Source of the DNA: a virus
Lineage: Duplodnaviria; Caudoviricetes
DNA: 64,000 nt
Virus record (IMG/VR): IMGVR_UViG_3300028591_000109
Location: 32,001-96,000 of that record
Reading direction: 5' to 3' (one strand)
A program made the translations under genes and the position numbers. The notes under the pieces were generated by a model. The model was not told the DNA's origin and did no database searches. It saw only the letters and a list, made by a program, of their open reading frames with translations. Of the stretch, positions 1 to 9,616 are shown one piece after another (the stretch's first letter is position 1; each line of letters opens with the position of its first letter).

Positions 1-45
1 CGGCTGCTGAAGATTCTGAAGACAATGGAAATCAAGGAGGACTGA

Positions 46-222
46 ATGATGAAAGCAAAACTATATGATGACAACCGTGTTATAGAGATTGTTGACTGCA
101 ACGATGTTGACAGCATCTGCAACCCCTGTGACCACAGCAGTTACATAGAGGTCCGCATGCGAGACCACTCAACTATATTGTGTGACGACTTTGTTTTTAT
201 GTTAGAAGGAGAGGAGGACTGA
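46..222 (+). CDS. small hypothetical phage protein (58 aa)
   Basis: Hand-translated ORF (MMKAKLYDD...EGEED*) lying between two GGAGGACTGA junctions. Confidence 0.65.
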   Translation: MMKAKLYDDNRVIEIVDCNDVDSICNPCDHSSYIEVRMRDHSTILCDDFVFMLEGEED

Positions 223-225
223 GCA

Positions 226-747
226 ATGGCAGAAACCAAGACAACAAAGCACAGCCTGACTGTGGCAAAGGCCACGAAGCAGGAGTTCAAACGTGTGTGG
301 AGCTTCGTGCATGCGATGGAGAACCTGTTTGACTCGCGCAGCTTCTTCAGCAGCGAGGAGGACTGGCGCGGGTGGGACGATACTGACCCCGACAAGCGGC
401 TCATGCTGCGCATAGAGAAGGAGCTGATAGCCGACGGCGAGGCGACGTGGGACGGGCATCCCGAAAACGACAAGATACTCTTTGCCTTCATCAAGCGCAA
501 GTGGCACGAGGCCAATTACTCGGGCAGCGTGGGGCGCATCCTCTTCGACTGCGAGACGCTGATAGACAACTGCTGCGACCCGAAACTCGACCACCTGGAG
601 TTCAAGCCCAGCATCATGTATGCCGAGCAGCGTGCCCTCGAAAAGATAGAGAAGATTATCCAGCGCGGCGAGAATCGCGGCCTCACGGCCGACAAGATTA
701 TCGAGCGCATCAAGAAACGTATCGAGGACGAGAAGAAGGAGGACTGA
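226..747 (+). CDS. hypothetical phage protein
   Basis: 173-aa ORF, coupled junctions at both ends, ends KKED*. Confidence 0.8.
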   Translation: MAETKTTKHSLTVAKATKQEFKRVWSFVHAMENLFDSRSFFSSEEDWRGWDDTDPDKRLMLRIEKELIADGEATWDGHPENDKILFAFIKRKWHEANYSGSVGRILFDCETLIDNCCDPKLDHLEFKPSIMYAEQRALEKIEKIIQRGENRGLTADKIIERIKKRIEDEKKED

Positions 748-752
748 GCATT

Positions 753-1205
753 ATGGCACTGAACGAAAAGATGCTGCCGATTGGCAAGAAAGATAAACAA
801 AGAAACGGAACAAGCAAAATAGAACCTATGGAACAGAAACCAATCAAGATACTGCACCAGCCACTGAAGACTAAGTGGTACCGGATGATAGAGGCTGGCG
901 AGAAGTCGGAGGAATACCGGGAGGCGACAGCCTATTGGTGCAAGAGATTCTGTGGTTTTAACACACTGCTGTTTTCCTTTCGTTACGGCTACGAGGACAT
1001 CAACAAGGCTGGCTACACCCACGTTCAGTTCTCGTTGGGTTATCCGAAGAAGAACGATGAGTCGCGCCGCATGACCTTCGAGTTGAAAGGCATCGAGTAC
1101 CGCGAGGGTCGTGAGGAATGGGGCGCGGAGAAAGGCAAGAAATACCTCGTCGAAATACTGGGCCGACGCACCACGCTCGACGGAACAAAACTATGGGAGG
1201 ACTGA
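753..1205 (+). CDS. ASCH/PUA-like domain protein
   Basis: LKTKWYRMIEAGEKSEEYRE...YW..R...V.FSLGY pattern typical of phage ASCH proteins; start moved to the ATG after the junction. Confidence 0.7.
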   Translation: MALNEKMLPIGKKDKQRNGTSKIEPMEQKPIKILHQPLKTKWYRMIEAGEKSEEYREATAYWCKRFCGFNTLLFSFRYGYEDINKAGYTHVQFSLGYPKKNDESRRMTFELKGIEYREGREEWGAEKGKKYLVEILGRRTTLDGTKLWED

Positions 1206-1208
1206 GCG

Positions 1209-1430
1209 ATGAAGATACGACTGATAGAGAATGCGATGTGTGCCCACGACCTGCATGAGCTGACGAACTACCCGCGACCGTGGTTCAAGGCGAAGCCAAC
1301 GCTGCCAAAGGGCACTGTGCTGACAGTGAAAGAGCAATGGACCAACTTTTTCGGCTCCTACTACCGTTGTGATCATGAGAACGGCACATACGACATCAAG
1401 CGCAGCGAGGCAGAGATAATAGAAATGTAA
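1209..1430 (+). CDS. hypothetical protein
   Basis: 73-aa ORF starting 3 nt after the upstream stop. Confidence 0.7.
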   Translation: MKIRLIENAMCAHDLHELTNYPRPWFKAKPTLPKGTVLTVKEQWTNFFGSYYRCDHENGTYDIKRSEAEIIEM

Positions 1431-1452
1431 ACATTTAATAAAGCTAACGATT

Positions 1453-1689
1453 ATGGCATGCAACTGTATTAAAGACATCGAAGAGAAACTGAAAAAGCAG
1501 TACGGAGAGACTGCATGTGTAAACAAGGGCTACATGAGCGACGGCACCATCCGCGCGGTAGTAGAGGGCCTGTATCACAAGACGAAGCGCAACGGCGACC
1601 ATGAGCAGAAATGGACGGAGGTAAGCCTGCTGGCCACCTACTGCCCATTCTGTGGCAAGCCTTATGAAGAAAAAAAGAAGGAGGACTGA
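1453..1689 (+). CDS. small Cys-containing (Zn-ribbon-like) protein
   Basis: CNC at N-terminus and YCPFCG at C-terminus. Confidence 0.7.
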   Translation: MACNCIKDIEEKLKKQYGETACVNKGYMSDGTIRAVVEGLYHKTKRNGDHEQKWTEVSLLATYCPFCGKPYEEKKKED

Positions 1690-1692
1690 ATT

Positions 1693-2118
1693 ATGCCAAT
1701 ATTAAACATTGAACTGAGTGACTATGATGCGCTCAGAGACAGAGTGAAACAACTGGAGTGTGAGAACAAGAACCTTTCGGAGGCCATCGAAGAAAAAGCA
1801 GAGGATGGCCGTCTGAGGGTTATCAAGAAGACGGTGACAATAACGCGCAATCCGTGGAAGGCGATTAACGAACACGCATTGGACTCATGCACAGAGAAGT
1901 ACGAGTTCCTGAACTTCGACGATATTGAACAGGAGGCCAAGAGCCAGTTCTATAAGGACATGGCCAACCGCATCCAGAGCCAGGAGCGGCAGGAAATCTC
2001 TGAATTGAAAGAGCAGTTAAAACGCAGCCAGCAGCATCTTGACAGTTCGCTCGGACGCATCGACCGCCTGATGAAACGCAACTGGTGGGACAGACTGTGG
2101 AATAAAGGAGTGGGATAA
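1693..2118 (+). CDS. hypothetical coiled-coil protein
   Basis: 141-aa ORF in the operon. Confidence 0.75.
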   Translation: MPILNIELSDYDALRDRVKQLECENKNLSEAIEEKAEDGRLRVIKKTVTITRNPWKAINEHALDSCTEKYEFLNFDDIEQEAKSQFYKDMANRIQSQERQEISELKEQLKRSQQHLDSSLGRIDRLMKRNWWDRLWNKGVG

Positions 2119-2168
2119 AGCAATGCCCAGATACCGGATAGAATTAAAGGCATTAGAATAAGAGCGAT

Positions 2169-2564
2169 ATGGAAGCAAAAGAGTTAATGGCTGGCGACAT
2201 CGTTAAGCAGAAACACAGCGGACTGATTCTGAAAGTCTCTGCAATAGTACCGCCGTACATCAGAGCAGAAGGTGAAGACGGACAGTTTCACGAAGACACC
2301 GTAGAGCCAATACCATTGGCAAAGGAAATATTTGAGCAGAACGGATTTAAGAAGTTTAACTTCCGCGACATAGAGGCGTGGTGGCTTGACACTCTGACAA
2401 GCGTATCGCTATGGTGTCGTGAGCTAAATGACAATCCAAAGGAAGGCTGGATGATTCGCATTGATTCGCCTCTCGCATCACATTGTAGCAAGGTTGAGTT
2501 CTTGCATCAGTTACAACAAACTCTGCGGCTATGTCGTATAGAAAAAGAAATACTAACAGTATAA
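2169..2564 (+). CDS. Bacteroidetes phage hypothetical protein, paralog of 3032..3457
   Basis: Shares ELM.G..V and VEPIP(L/I)..EI(F/L)E.NGF motifs with 3032..3457. Confidence 0.75.
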   Translation: MEAKELMAGDIVKQKHSGLILKVSAIVPPYIRAEGEDGQFHEDTVEPIPLAKEIFEQNGFKKFNFRDIEAWWLDTLTSVSLWCRELNDNPKEGWMIRIDSPLASHCSKVEFLHQLQQTLRLCRIEKEILTV

Positions 2565-2575
2565 TTAGACAAACA

Positions 2576-3028
2576 ATGAAGTACATTGACGCAGATAAAA
2601 TCAAGGCCGAGATAGACAAACTCACAGAAAGCCTGACGAAGAGTTGCAACCCTGACCCGCTTGGCACGACGGAGGAATGTATGGTCGCCGCAGAGATAGA
2701 GGCACTGGGTTTGGTAAAGGACGCCATCGACAAGATGCAGCAGGAACAGCCGACACCACCAGGCATTGAAAAGGAAAGCAAAAAGAAAGGTTGGCTTGAC
2801 TATGGAGAGATGATGAGCGAGATAGGATTGTACCGATACAATGCGATACAACGCATCAAGGCGCACAAGGAAGAGTTCGACCCTCTCACCATTCCCAACC
2901 TCTATCACGTCGCAGAATATTATAAGGCTGTTGGCGAAGAGGTTGTCTGCTGTTGTTTGCAAGCATACGGCAAGGACTTCCGATTTGACCAGGAAGATGT
3001 AAGAGAAATCATTAGTAAGGAGGACTGA
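2576..3028 (+). CDS. hypothetical protein
   Basis: MKYIDADKIKAEI start; ends KED*. Confidence 0.75.
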   Translation: MKYIDADKIKAEIDKLTESLTKSCNPDPLGTTEECMVAAEIEALGLVKDAIDKMQQEQPTPPGIEKESKKKGWLDYGEMMSEIGLYRYNAIQRIKAHKEEFDPLTIPNLYHVAEYYKAVGEEVVCCCLQAYGKDFRFDQEDVREIISKED

Positions 3029-3031
3029 GCG

Positions 3032-3457
3032 ATGATGAAAGCAAATGAATTGATGACTGGGGCCTTTGTGTATTTCAACTGTTTCGACGGGAGCAAGATT
3101 GTTGTGCGCGAGACTGGCTTCAAGGACGGGATTGTGTATGGTGATTCAAAGAAGGGCTCGCATTGGTGCAATATTGAGAAAGTAGAGCCTATCCCCATCA
3201 CGCCGGAAATCCTTGAAAAGAATGGGTTTACTGAAACGAAAAACTATTATCCATACCCAACCTATAAACATGAAGTGAATGGCAAGAAGTTTTTAGTAAG
3301 AGTTGCTTTCCCGGAGGATAGTAAGGCGACAAATAGAATAAAGCCTTTTGTTGAAGTAGATGCAAGGTGGTGCTGGCATAATAGCGATTGCGAGTTTGTT
3401 CATAAGTTGCAGTACGTGCTTCATTTGTGTGAGATAGAAAAGAATATAGAGTTATGA
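3032..3457 (+). CDS. Bacteroidetes phage hypothetical protein, paralog of 2169..2564
   Basis: Shared motifs as above. Confidence 0.75.
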   Translation: MMKANELMTGAFVYFNCFDGSKIVVRETGFKDGIVYGDSKKGSHWCNIEKVEPIPITPEILEKNGFTETKNYYPYPTYKHEVNGKKFLVRVAFPEDSKATNRIKPFVEVDARWCWHNSDCEFVHKLQYVLHLCEIEKNIEL

Positions 3458-3482
3458 ATAAAGCAAGATAATTTTGTAGTAT

Positions 3483-3761
3483 ATGGAAGAATCACAGAAA
3501 CAGGCGATGATTGACGCCTACAAGGAAAGGCTTCTGAGCCAGGCTAACGGCATGGAGGAGTCGGTGCTGATGCAGATGTGCTTGACGGCGTTTCGGCATG
3601 GCATTGAGAATACGCTGGCCGAGGTAGAGCCGAAACAGCAGAGACTGAAGAAGCTGGCCGACGCCATGTATCACGCGGCGCAGTACCTGACTACCGACGC
3701 CTCGCATCTTCACAAGGCGATGGACGAATATCATCAATTTGTTATTCAGAACAAAATATAG
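3483..3761 (+). CDS. hypothetical protein
   Basis: 92-aa ORF in the operon. Confidence 0.7.
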   Translation: MEESQKQAMIDAYKERLLSQANGMEESVLMQMCLTAFRHGIENTLAEVEPKQQRLKKLADAMYHAAQYLTTDASHLHKAMDEYHQFVIQNKI

Positions 3762-3767
3762 AGCGAT

Positions 3768-4193
3768 ATGGCAACAGAAGAAAAGAAACTGTACGGGTTT
3801 GGCGTAAACGACACAAGCCTGTTTGGAGAGACGTTTGAGGCTGTGGACGAGCTGATAGAGTTCGCGCAGACGGAGTTTGACAATGAGAACAGCGACTATT
3901 TTGACGACGAAGACCAGCATTGCATACTCGTGAGTGCCGTTAAGCGTGTGGCCCCTTTCGACTTTGCGCCATCACTGGACGACATTGCCGATCAGATGAC
4001 CGACCGTTTCTATTCGGAGCACAATATCGACGACGACGCAGAAGCCAGCTATTATCCGAAGGAGGAAGCCAAGAAAGAATGGAAGGCATTTGTCGAGAAG
4101 TATTTCGACATTCCCTACACGCTCATCGGATATGCCGATGTGGGCTGGTACAATCTGAAAGAGCATCGTTGGACGGAAATGAAGGAGGACTGA
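3768..4193 (+). CDS. acidic hypothetical protein
   Basis: 141-aa ORF, AGAGCGATATG start, KED* end. Confidence 0.75.
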   Translation: MATEEKKLYGFGVNDTSLFGETFEAVDELIEFAQTEFDNENSDYFDDEDQHCILVSAVKRVAPFDFAPSLDDIADQMTDRFYSEHNIDDDAEASYYPKEEAKKEWKAFVEKYFDIPYTLIGYADVGWYNLKEHRWTEMKED

Positions 4194-4194
4194 T

Positions 4195-4386
4195 ATGATG
4201 GGAACAAACGTAATCACGCTTACGCCCAAGTGGGAGTATCGGAGAGAGACAAACCTGACGATGGAGGCACTGACGGAGATAGGACAAGACGGTTGGGAGC
4301 TGACAGGATATTCAACCATCGGCACCTTAGAGTGCTATATATTCAAGCGCCCCGTCTATGACATTCCCGAAAGACCTGAAGTGTAA
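4195..4386 (+). CDS. DUF4177-like small protein
   Basis: KWEY...G.DGWEL...YIFKRP pattern. Confidence 0.6.
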   Translation: MMGTNVITLTPKWEYRRETNLTMEALTEIGQDGWELTGYSTIGTLECYIFKRPVYDIPERPEV

Positions 4387-4404
4387 TTAAACATCAAGAG
4401 TGAT

Positions 4405-4611
4405 ATGAAGAAACGTAACTGGATATGTTATACCGCAATCTTTATGCTTGCCTGGCTACTGCTCGACATCGGCTTCGGCATGGATCGTTATACGAAGTTC
4501 CTGTCGTGGCAGTGGCACCTGGGCTTTGTGCTGAGAAATGCCGGCGCCATCCTGCTACTGCTGCTGGGCAACTTCGTAGGGATGAAGACGAACAAAGGAA
4601 GGGAGGACTGA
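4405..4611 (+). CDS. small membrane protein
   Basis: Two hydrophobic segments in 68 aa. Confidence 0.65.
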   Translation: MKKRNWICYTAIFMLAWLLLDIGFGMDRYTKFLSWQWHLGFVLRNAGAILLLLLGNFVGMKTNKGRED

Positions 4612-4614
4612 TCA

Positions 4615-4821
4615 ATGACCAAGAAAGAAGAAGCCATTCTGACCAACCTCGTCAAGACGTTACAGGAATACGAGGATGAGTGCTATCGACAGATGGCATA
4701 CATGAACGAGCATAAGTTTGAGATGGAGCGCGAAGCCATCAGATACAAGCAACAGGCGTACAACCGCAGTTGGCTGGAGGTGGCAAATGCTATTGATAAA
4801 ATTAAAAAGTTGGAGAAATAA
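4615..4821 (+). CDS. hypothetical protein
   Basis: 68-aa ORF after a junction motif. Confidence 0.7.
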   Translation: MTKKEEAILTNLVKTLQEYEDECYRQMAYMNEHKFEMEREAIRYKQQAYNRSWLEVANAIDKIKKLEK

Positions 4822-4825
4822 AAGT

Positions 4826-5359
4826 ATGGACGAACAAAAAATCATTACACTGAGTCACCTAAAGAATTGGGTGGATGATTGGGTGAGAAAATGCCACAAG
4901 AATAATGTGGACCCCAGTGACGTGCCCTTCCTTATTGAGAACGACAGACGCCAATACCGTCCATTCTCGGGCAATATCGGTTTTGGTAGCCGTGGCGTAA
5001 CGGTGTCCATTGTATACTTCAATAGCGACATCGTGCGCTACGAACCCAAAGACGAGCGGCCCGAAGGCGGCGGCGAATACTGGAAGAGCCGTGGCGCGTC
5101 AGACTCTGACGTAAGCGGTTTTGTGGCGAGCCGTGCCGCAGGAATGCGACTGCTGCGCATGGTGCGCTATGTGCTCGACACCGACGAGCCGAAGACGTGG
5201 CTCGACTACCGCGAGTTCGAGCCGAACTGGATTCAGTTCAAGTTCTCTGCCGATGAATTTGACGTGGAGAAACTCGACCAGATGGCCCGCGCCAACGGCG
5301 ACGTGCTGACCGAGACCATCGTCAGGCTGTGCGTGAAGAATAACAATAAGGAGGACTGA
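4826..5359 (+). CDS. hypothetical protein
   Basis: Start set at ATG 4826 (MDEQKII); ends KED*. Confidence 0.75.
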   Translation: MDEQKIITLSHLKNWVDDWVRKCHKNNVDPSDVPFLIENDRRQYRPFSGNIGFGSRGVTVSIVYFNSDIVRYEPKDERPEGGGEYWKSRGASDSDVSGFVASRAAGMRLLRMVRYVLDTDEPKTWLDYREFEPNWIQFKFSADEFDVEKLDQMARANGDVLTETIVRLCVKNNNKED

Positions 5360-5362
5360 GCG

Positions 5363-6046
5363 ATGAAGAAAACAATAAAAGCCAGATGCACGCAGAAAGT
5401 GTATGCAGAAGACATCCTGCTGTTCTATAGTGGAGAAGTGTATCAGTTTGAAGTGACAGACTTCCTTTGTTCTAAACCAGATGGGTGTGACTCTGAGCCC
5501 CATAAGGATGCAGAACGACCGATATTGCCACAGTTATATGACCACCTCCACTATACGAACAAGCGCGGTCATTTCTATTTCGATTTCTATGACCGCGACT
5601 ATGCTGAACAATACGGCAAACCATGTTTTGAAGACTGCTTTAACGAAATCAATATGGAACTGACATCAGAAAATGTGGAACGGGTATTCAGAGAATGCCT
5701 GTCCGACGAGAACGAGGGCGACAATGTGCGCCTCGTAGAAGCTGTGCTGGCCAATGTAAAGATGGCCATGCGTCGTGACAAATTGAAATTCTATCAGGAG
5801 GAAATACAGGGTATGCTCATGCAACTGCCCCGAAAGTTCCGCGAGACGGACAGTGGCGGATGGTCGTTCCTGAATCTTTGCACCCGCGAGGACGGGACGC
5901 AGTGGACTGGCAGCCACGCTATGATGGAACAACTGGTAATCCTCGGCATCGGAAGTGGCAAGATGAAATATCTGCTGCCGAAACCAATGTGGAATATTCT
6001 GCCTGGCGGTATGCCATATTTGGCTGTGCTGGACAAGAATTTGTAA
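5363..6046 (+). CDS. hypothetical phage protein
   Basis: 227-aa ORF; C-terminal GGWSFL.LC...G.QWTG...PGGMPY segment. Confidence 0.75.
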   Translation: MKKTIKARCTQKVYAEDILLFYSGEVYQFEVTDFLCSKPDGCDSEPHKDAERPILPQLYDHLHYTNKRGHFYFDFYDRDYAEQYGKPCFEDCFNEINMELTSENVERVFRECLSDENEGDNVRLVEAVLANVKMAMRRDKLKFYQEEIQGMLMQLPRKFRETDSGGWSFLNLCTREDGTQWTGSHAMMEQLVILGIGSGKMKYLLPKPMWNILPGGMPYLAVLDKNL

Positions 6047-6057
6047 ATAAGACTGAT

Positions 6058-6543
6058 ATGATAGACTACATGAAAGAGGCTAAGATACTGTATCTGGCCG
6101 ATGTACTGGAAGACATTGCGAAGGAGATGGAGAGGGATTTCCACAACCGTCCGTTCTGCAAGAGCATCAACGACATCGTGAAAGAACTGCGCGAGACACT
6201 GGCCCTTACGACTCCGACAGATCCGGCGAATATGCGGGAGGAGCGAATACAAATCAAGCGCATCGAGAAGCGACACATGATGGCCCCCGTGCCAGGTATG
6301 CCGGACAGCGAGATGCCGCGCTACGAGGACAGTAGCAGACGATGGATCATCAGCGAACTGCTCGACTACATCCGAAAAGAGAATCTGATACGGGTGCGCA
6401 AGGACAAGACCGAACAGGGCTGCACGATATTAACTGCCTCGCTGATAGTGGGTATTGAGCAGGAGCCGGACATCCCAAGGATTGAAGAACAAGTCACCTT
6501 TGTCGATTCGCTGGCCAAGTATCTGGACGAAACAAGACAATAA
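6058..6543 (+). CDS. hypothetical protein (possibly truncated by a nonsense codon)
   Basis: Start at ATG 6058; an in-frame basic tail continues past the TAA to 6609. Confidence 0.7.
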   Translation: MIDYMKEAKILYLADVLEDIAKEMERDFHNRPFCKSINDIVKELRETLALTTPTDPANMREERIQIKRIEKRHMMAPVPGMPDSEMPRYEDSSRRWIISELLDYIRKENLIRVRKDKTEQGCTILTASLIVGIEQEPDIPRIEEQVTFVDSLAKYLDETRQ

Positions 6544-6676
6544 AAGAAGAAACGCAAGGCAAAGGCCAAGGCGCAGAAGCAGAGCCGCCGCAAGAACCGC
6601 AAGCACTGAGATAATTTTTAACTCCAATTTTTAAATAATTTCCCCGACCGAAAGGGAGGGCTAAACAACAACGATT

Positions 6677-7132
6677 ATGGAACAACAGAATCATGACCAG
6701 ATGGCCGAGCAGTATATCTCGGCAGTTGAGAAACAGAAACAGTCGGAGAGCTACACTCCCGACCAGTCATTCACACGCGGCGACATGGAGACGTGCTTCG
6801 TCGCCGGCTGTCAGTCGATGGAGCGGCTGCAGGAGGGTTGCACGGGCACGTTCGGGCAGGCCATCGGCTCGTTGAAGCACGGCTTCAAGGTGGCCCGCGA
6901 GGGATGGAACGGCAAGGGCATGTGGCTCTGGCTGAAACAGGAGGCGATGGTGAAGAGCGAATGGTGCCACGATCAGGCACTGAAGGCCATTGCTGACAAG
7001 AACGGCGGGCAAATTTACGCCGGTGGATGTATCTGTCTGAAGACTGCTCAGAACACCATACAGAGCGGATGGAACCCGTCACAGCCTGACGTACTGGCTG
7101 TAGACTGGGTATTGGTTAATCCCGAAGAGTAA
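6677..7132 (+). CDS. DUF2829 / Tad2-like anti-defence (signal-sponge) family protein
   Basis: FGQAIGSLKHGFKVAREGWNGKGMWLWL and GWNPSQPDVLAVDW hallmark motifs. Confidence 0.8.
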   Translation: MEQQNHDQMAEQYISAVEKQKQSESYTPDQSFTRGDMETCFVAGCQSMERLQEGCTGTFGQAIGSLKHGFKVAREGWNGKGMWLWLKQEAMVKSEWCHDQALKAIADKNGGQIYAGGCICLKTAQNTIQSGWNPSQPDVLAVDWVLVNPEE

Positions 7133-7172
7133 CCCGCCCGACCGATGGGGCACAGTATTAACATCATTCACA

Positions 7173-7355
7173 ATTAAGACCCCCGACAACGACGACCTGA
7201 AGAACCTGGCCAAGGGCTGCATCACAGCCGCCAAGGTACTGGCCGACGAACTGGAAGAGGACTACAAGAATGAGCCCGTGGACGGAGGCTTCAAGCGCTG
7301 CGCCGAGAAGGAAACCTTCTTCGACAACTACGTGAACTGGAGCAAGACCGTCTGA
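7173..7355 (+). pseudogene. 60-codon coding-like frame lacking an ATG
   Basis: High-GC3 codon usage (KTPDNDDLKNLAKG...WSKTV*) following an A-rich leader ending ACAATT-AAG. Confidence 0.45.
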
Positions 7356-7365
7356 CGGAGTCGCC

Positions 7366-7398
7366 GCCCTTGACCTGCGCCGGACAGGGGATTAACTT
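7366..7398 (+). promoter_or_regulatory. phage-specific promoter motif copy 1
   Basis: GCCCTTGA-N19-TAACTT upstream of the HU-like gene. Confidence 0.6.
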
Positions 7399-7544
7399 TT
7401 GGGGTAGGCTCTCATTAAGGAGAGCCACCCATAAAAGTCCACTTTAGCGCGGGTAAAAGTCCACCCCCGCCTGAGACGACGGAAACAACGCCCCGCAGGG
7501 GCACATTATTAACATATTTATTCACAACAAAACAACAGAACATC

Positions 7545-8087
7545 ATGGCACAGAACAAGTACCAGATCATCGAGTTCAAGCCGACGGCCAACCAGGTCGG
7601 CATGTCGCACTCGTTCTACGCACAGGCCGTAGTAGACAACGTAATCACCAACAAGGAGCTGGCCAAGAAGATAGAGGCCCGTGGCATCAGCCGCGCCGCC
7701 GAAATCAAGGCCGTGCTCGAAGAGGCAGCCAACATCATCATCGAGGAGGTCAAGGAGAACAACCGCGTGCAGCTCGAAGCCGACGGCGGCGTGCTCGTCA
7801 GCATCTTCCCCACCGCCACCGGCAGCATCAGCGACAAGGACGTCGTGGCCAACCCCACGAAGTACCCCGGCAAGACCGTGGCCGAGGAGTCGATGCTCAC
7901 CGCCGACATGGTGAAGTGGAGCCTCGGAGCCCGCATCGGCTCCAACCTGGCCAAGCAGTTCGCCCAGCAGAAGTCCGCACAGAAGGTAGCCTACAGCGCC
8001 ACCTCGACACCCGCCGACCCTGAGAGTGGCAACAGCGACGGCGGCGGCTCAGACGAGGGCGGCGAATCGGGCGATCCCAATGAGTAA
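7545..8087 (+). CDS. Bacteroidetes HU-like DNA-binding protein
   Basis: FYAQAV....IT.KELAK.I....ISRAAEIKAVL......I.EEV.ENNRVQL; Gly/acidic tail. Confidence 0.75.
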   Translation: MAQNKYQIIEFKPTANQVGMSHSFYAQAVVDNVITNKELAKKIEARGISRAAEIKAVLEEAANIIIEEVKENNRVQLEADGGVLVSIFPTATGSISDKDVVANPTKYPGKTVAEESMLTADMVKWSLGARIGSNLAKQFAQQKSAQKVAYSATSTPADPESGNSDGGGSDEGGESGDPNE

Positions 8088-8196
8088 TCTCACGCGAAAG
8101 GCGGGCGGTGTGGGTTAGCGTGAGGCCCACGGATATCTTTCAGCCGTGCCAGCATCGTCCGCCGATTTTCTAAACAATTAAGAGCGATATAAACCT

Positions 8197-8502
8197 ATGC
8201 CGAAGCTGACTATCAACTACGCTTGCATTGCGGACGTGGTGCAGGTGGAACCTAAGCCGACGGACAATCAGCGGAAGAACCGCAAGGTCATCCTGCATGT
8301 TGACGAAGAGGATTTCTTCGACATGCTCGACCATGTGAACCCGAAGAACATCGTCAAGTATCTCGACATGCGGGGCATACCGCACCGCGAGCCGGCGAAC
8401 ATCGTGGTCAAGGTGGAGCCCGACGCAAGCGGACTGAAACTGCGCCATTCGCTGAAGCGGGTAGCAGCCGAACTAAAGAATGCGAGAAGAGACAACCAGT
8501 GA
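8197..8502 (+). CDS. hypothetical protein
   Basis: 101-aa ORF, GTGA overlap with the next gene. Confidence 0.7.
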   Translation: MPKLTINYACIADVVQVEPKPTDNQRKNRKVILHVDEEDFFDMLDHVNPKNIVKYLDMRGIPHREPANIVVKVEPDASGLKLRHSLKRVAAELKNARRDNQ

Positions 8503-9308
8503 TGAGAAACTACCGTGAACTATCCGACGAGGAGGTGCAGCAACTGGAGCAGCTCTACCCCGTGACCCCGAACCGCAGGCTCAGCCAGATGTTCGGCGTG
8601 TCGGTGGATGCCATCCAGGACCACTTCGCACGGCCACGGGGCTGGCAGAAAGACCAGGCATCCATCAAGCTCGCCACGCACGGCACCTACCACCGGCTGA
8701 CCGAGCGCGAGGAGCAGTGGATTATTCGCCACTACCACAACACCCGCAACGGCGACATCATGGAGAAGTACGGCATAGGCGAGAGCACGCTTCACCGCGT
8801 GGCACGGAAGCACGGGCTGAAGAAGACCGACCGCTTCATGCGCCGGATGCAGCGCGAGGCCGTGGCGCACTCGCAGGTGGCTTTCGCGGAGCACGGCGAG
8901 AGTGAAAGGGCTGCGGAGCGGGCACGTCAGCAGTGGGCAGAGCGCAAGGCCACGGGCGACTACGGAGGCGTGGGCTTCAAGAAAGGCGAGTCGAACAAGA
9001 CCCGCATGTCGCCCCGCCGCTACAAGGCGATGCTGCAGAAGATACAGCGGAAGCGCAACGAGACCATACGCCGCGACCGCATCCGCATCCACTGGGGCAT
9101 GGAGCCGAAAACGAAGCTGGTGAAGCAGTGGGACAACAAGCCCGACTGGCGCAAGAGCCACTACCGCTACAAGTTCCGACAGTTCGGCTACGAGGTGGAA
9201 CCCGACAGCCGCGACGTCTATTACTTCGCCGACACCGTGCGCCACCCCATCATGGAGCGCAACGCCCGGAAGCACGGCTTCAAGATACTTCCGGCAGAAG
9301 AAGAGTGA
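8499..9308 (+). CDS. basic protein with two HTH-like repeats
   Basis: LSDEEVQQLEQLYP..N..L...FGVS and LTEREEQWI..HY...N..I..KYGIG repeats. Confidence 0.7.
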   Translation: MMRNYRELSDEEVQQLEQLYPVTPNRRLSQMFGVSVDAIQDHFARPRGWQKDQASIKLATHGTYHRLTEREEQWIIRHYHNTRNGDIMEKYGIGESTLHRVARKHGLKKTDRFMRRMQREAVAHSQVAFAEHGESERAAERARQQWAERKATGDYGGVGFKKGESNKTRMSPRRYKAMLQKIQRKRNETIRRDRIRIHWGMEPKTKLVKQWDNKPDWRKSHYRYKFRQFGYEVEPDSRDVYYFADTVRHPIMERNARKHGFKILPAEEE

Positions 9309-9414
9309 AGACTCGCTTTAGCGCTTTCATCAAGCGAAGCGACTGAAAGAATTTTTAAACATAATTTTTAACCAATTTCTCGCCGACAGGCGACTAAAAA
9401 CAAGAGCGACAACA

Positions 9415-9594
9415 ATGAAAGTAAAGAAACACTACGAGCAGGATCACGTCATCCTGTATGTGACGGAGGGCGACCTGCAGACCACCATCACCCTGGAGAG
9501 CGACCGACAGATGAAGCGGCTGGCCGACTGCCTCACAGACCTCTACCGCACCGACGGCAGGGAGGTGAGCATCGGGGAGGGCATTGAACATTAA
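9415..9594 (+). CDS. small hypothetical protein (59 aa)
   Basis: Hand-translated MKVKKHYEQD...EGIEH*. Confidence 0.65.
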   Translation: MKVKKHYEQDHVILYVTEGDLQTTITLESDRQMKRLADCLTDLYRTDGREVSIGEGIEH

Positions 9595-9616
9595 ACAACA
9601 AACAATCAAGAGCGAT

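Noticed and set aside
447-752. N-terminal 102 aa of ORF 447..1205
   Set aside because: Overlaps gene 226..747 in another frame; the real start follows the junction motif
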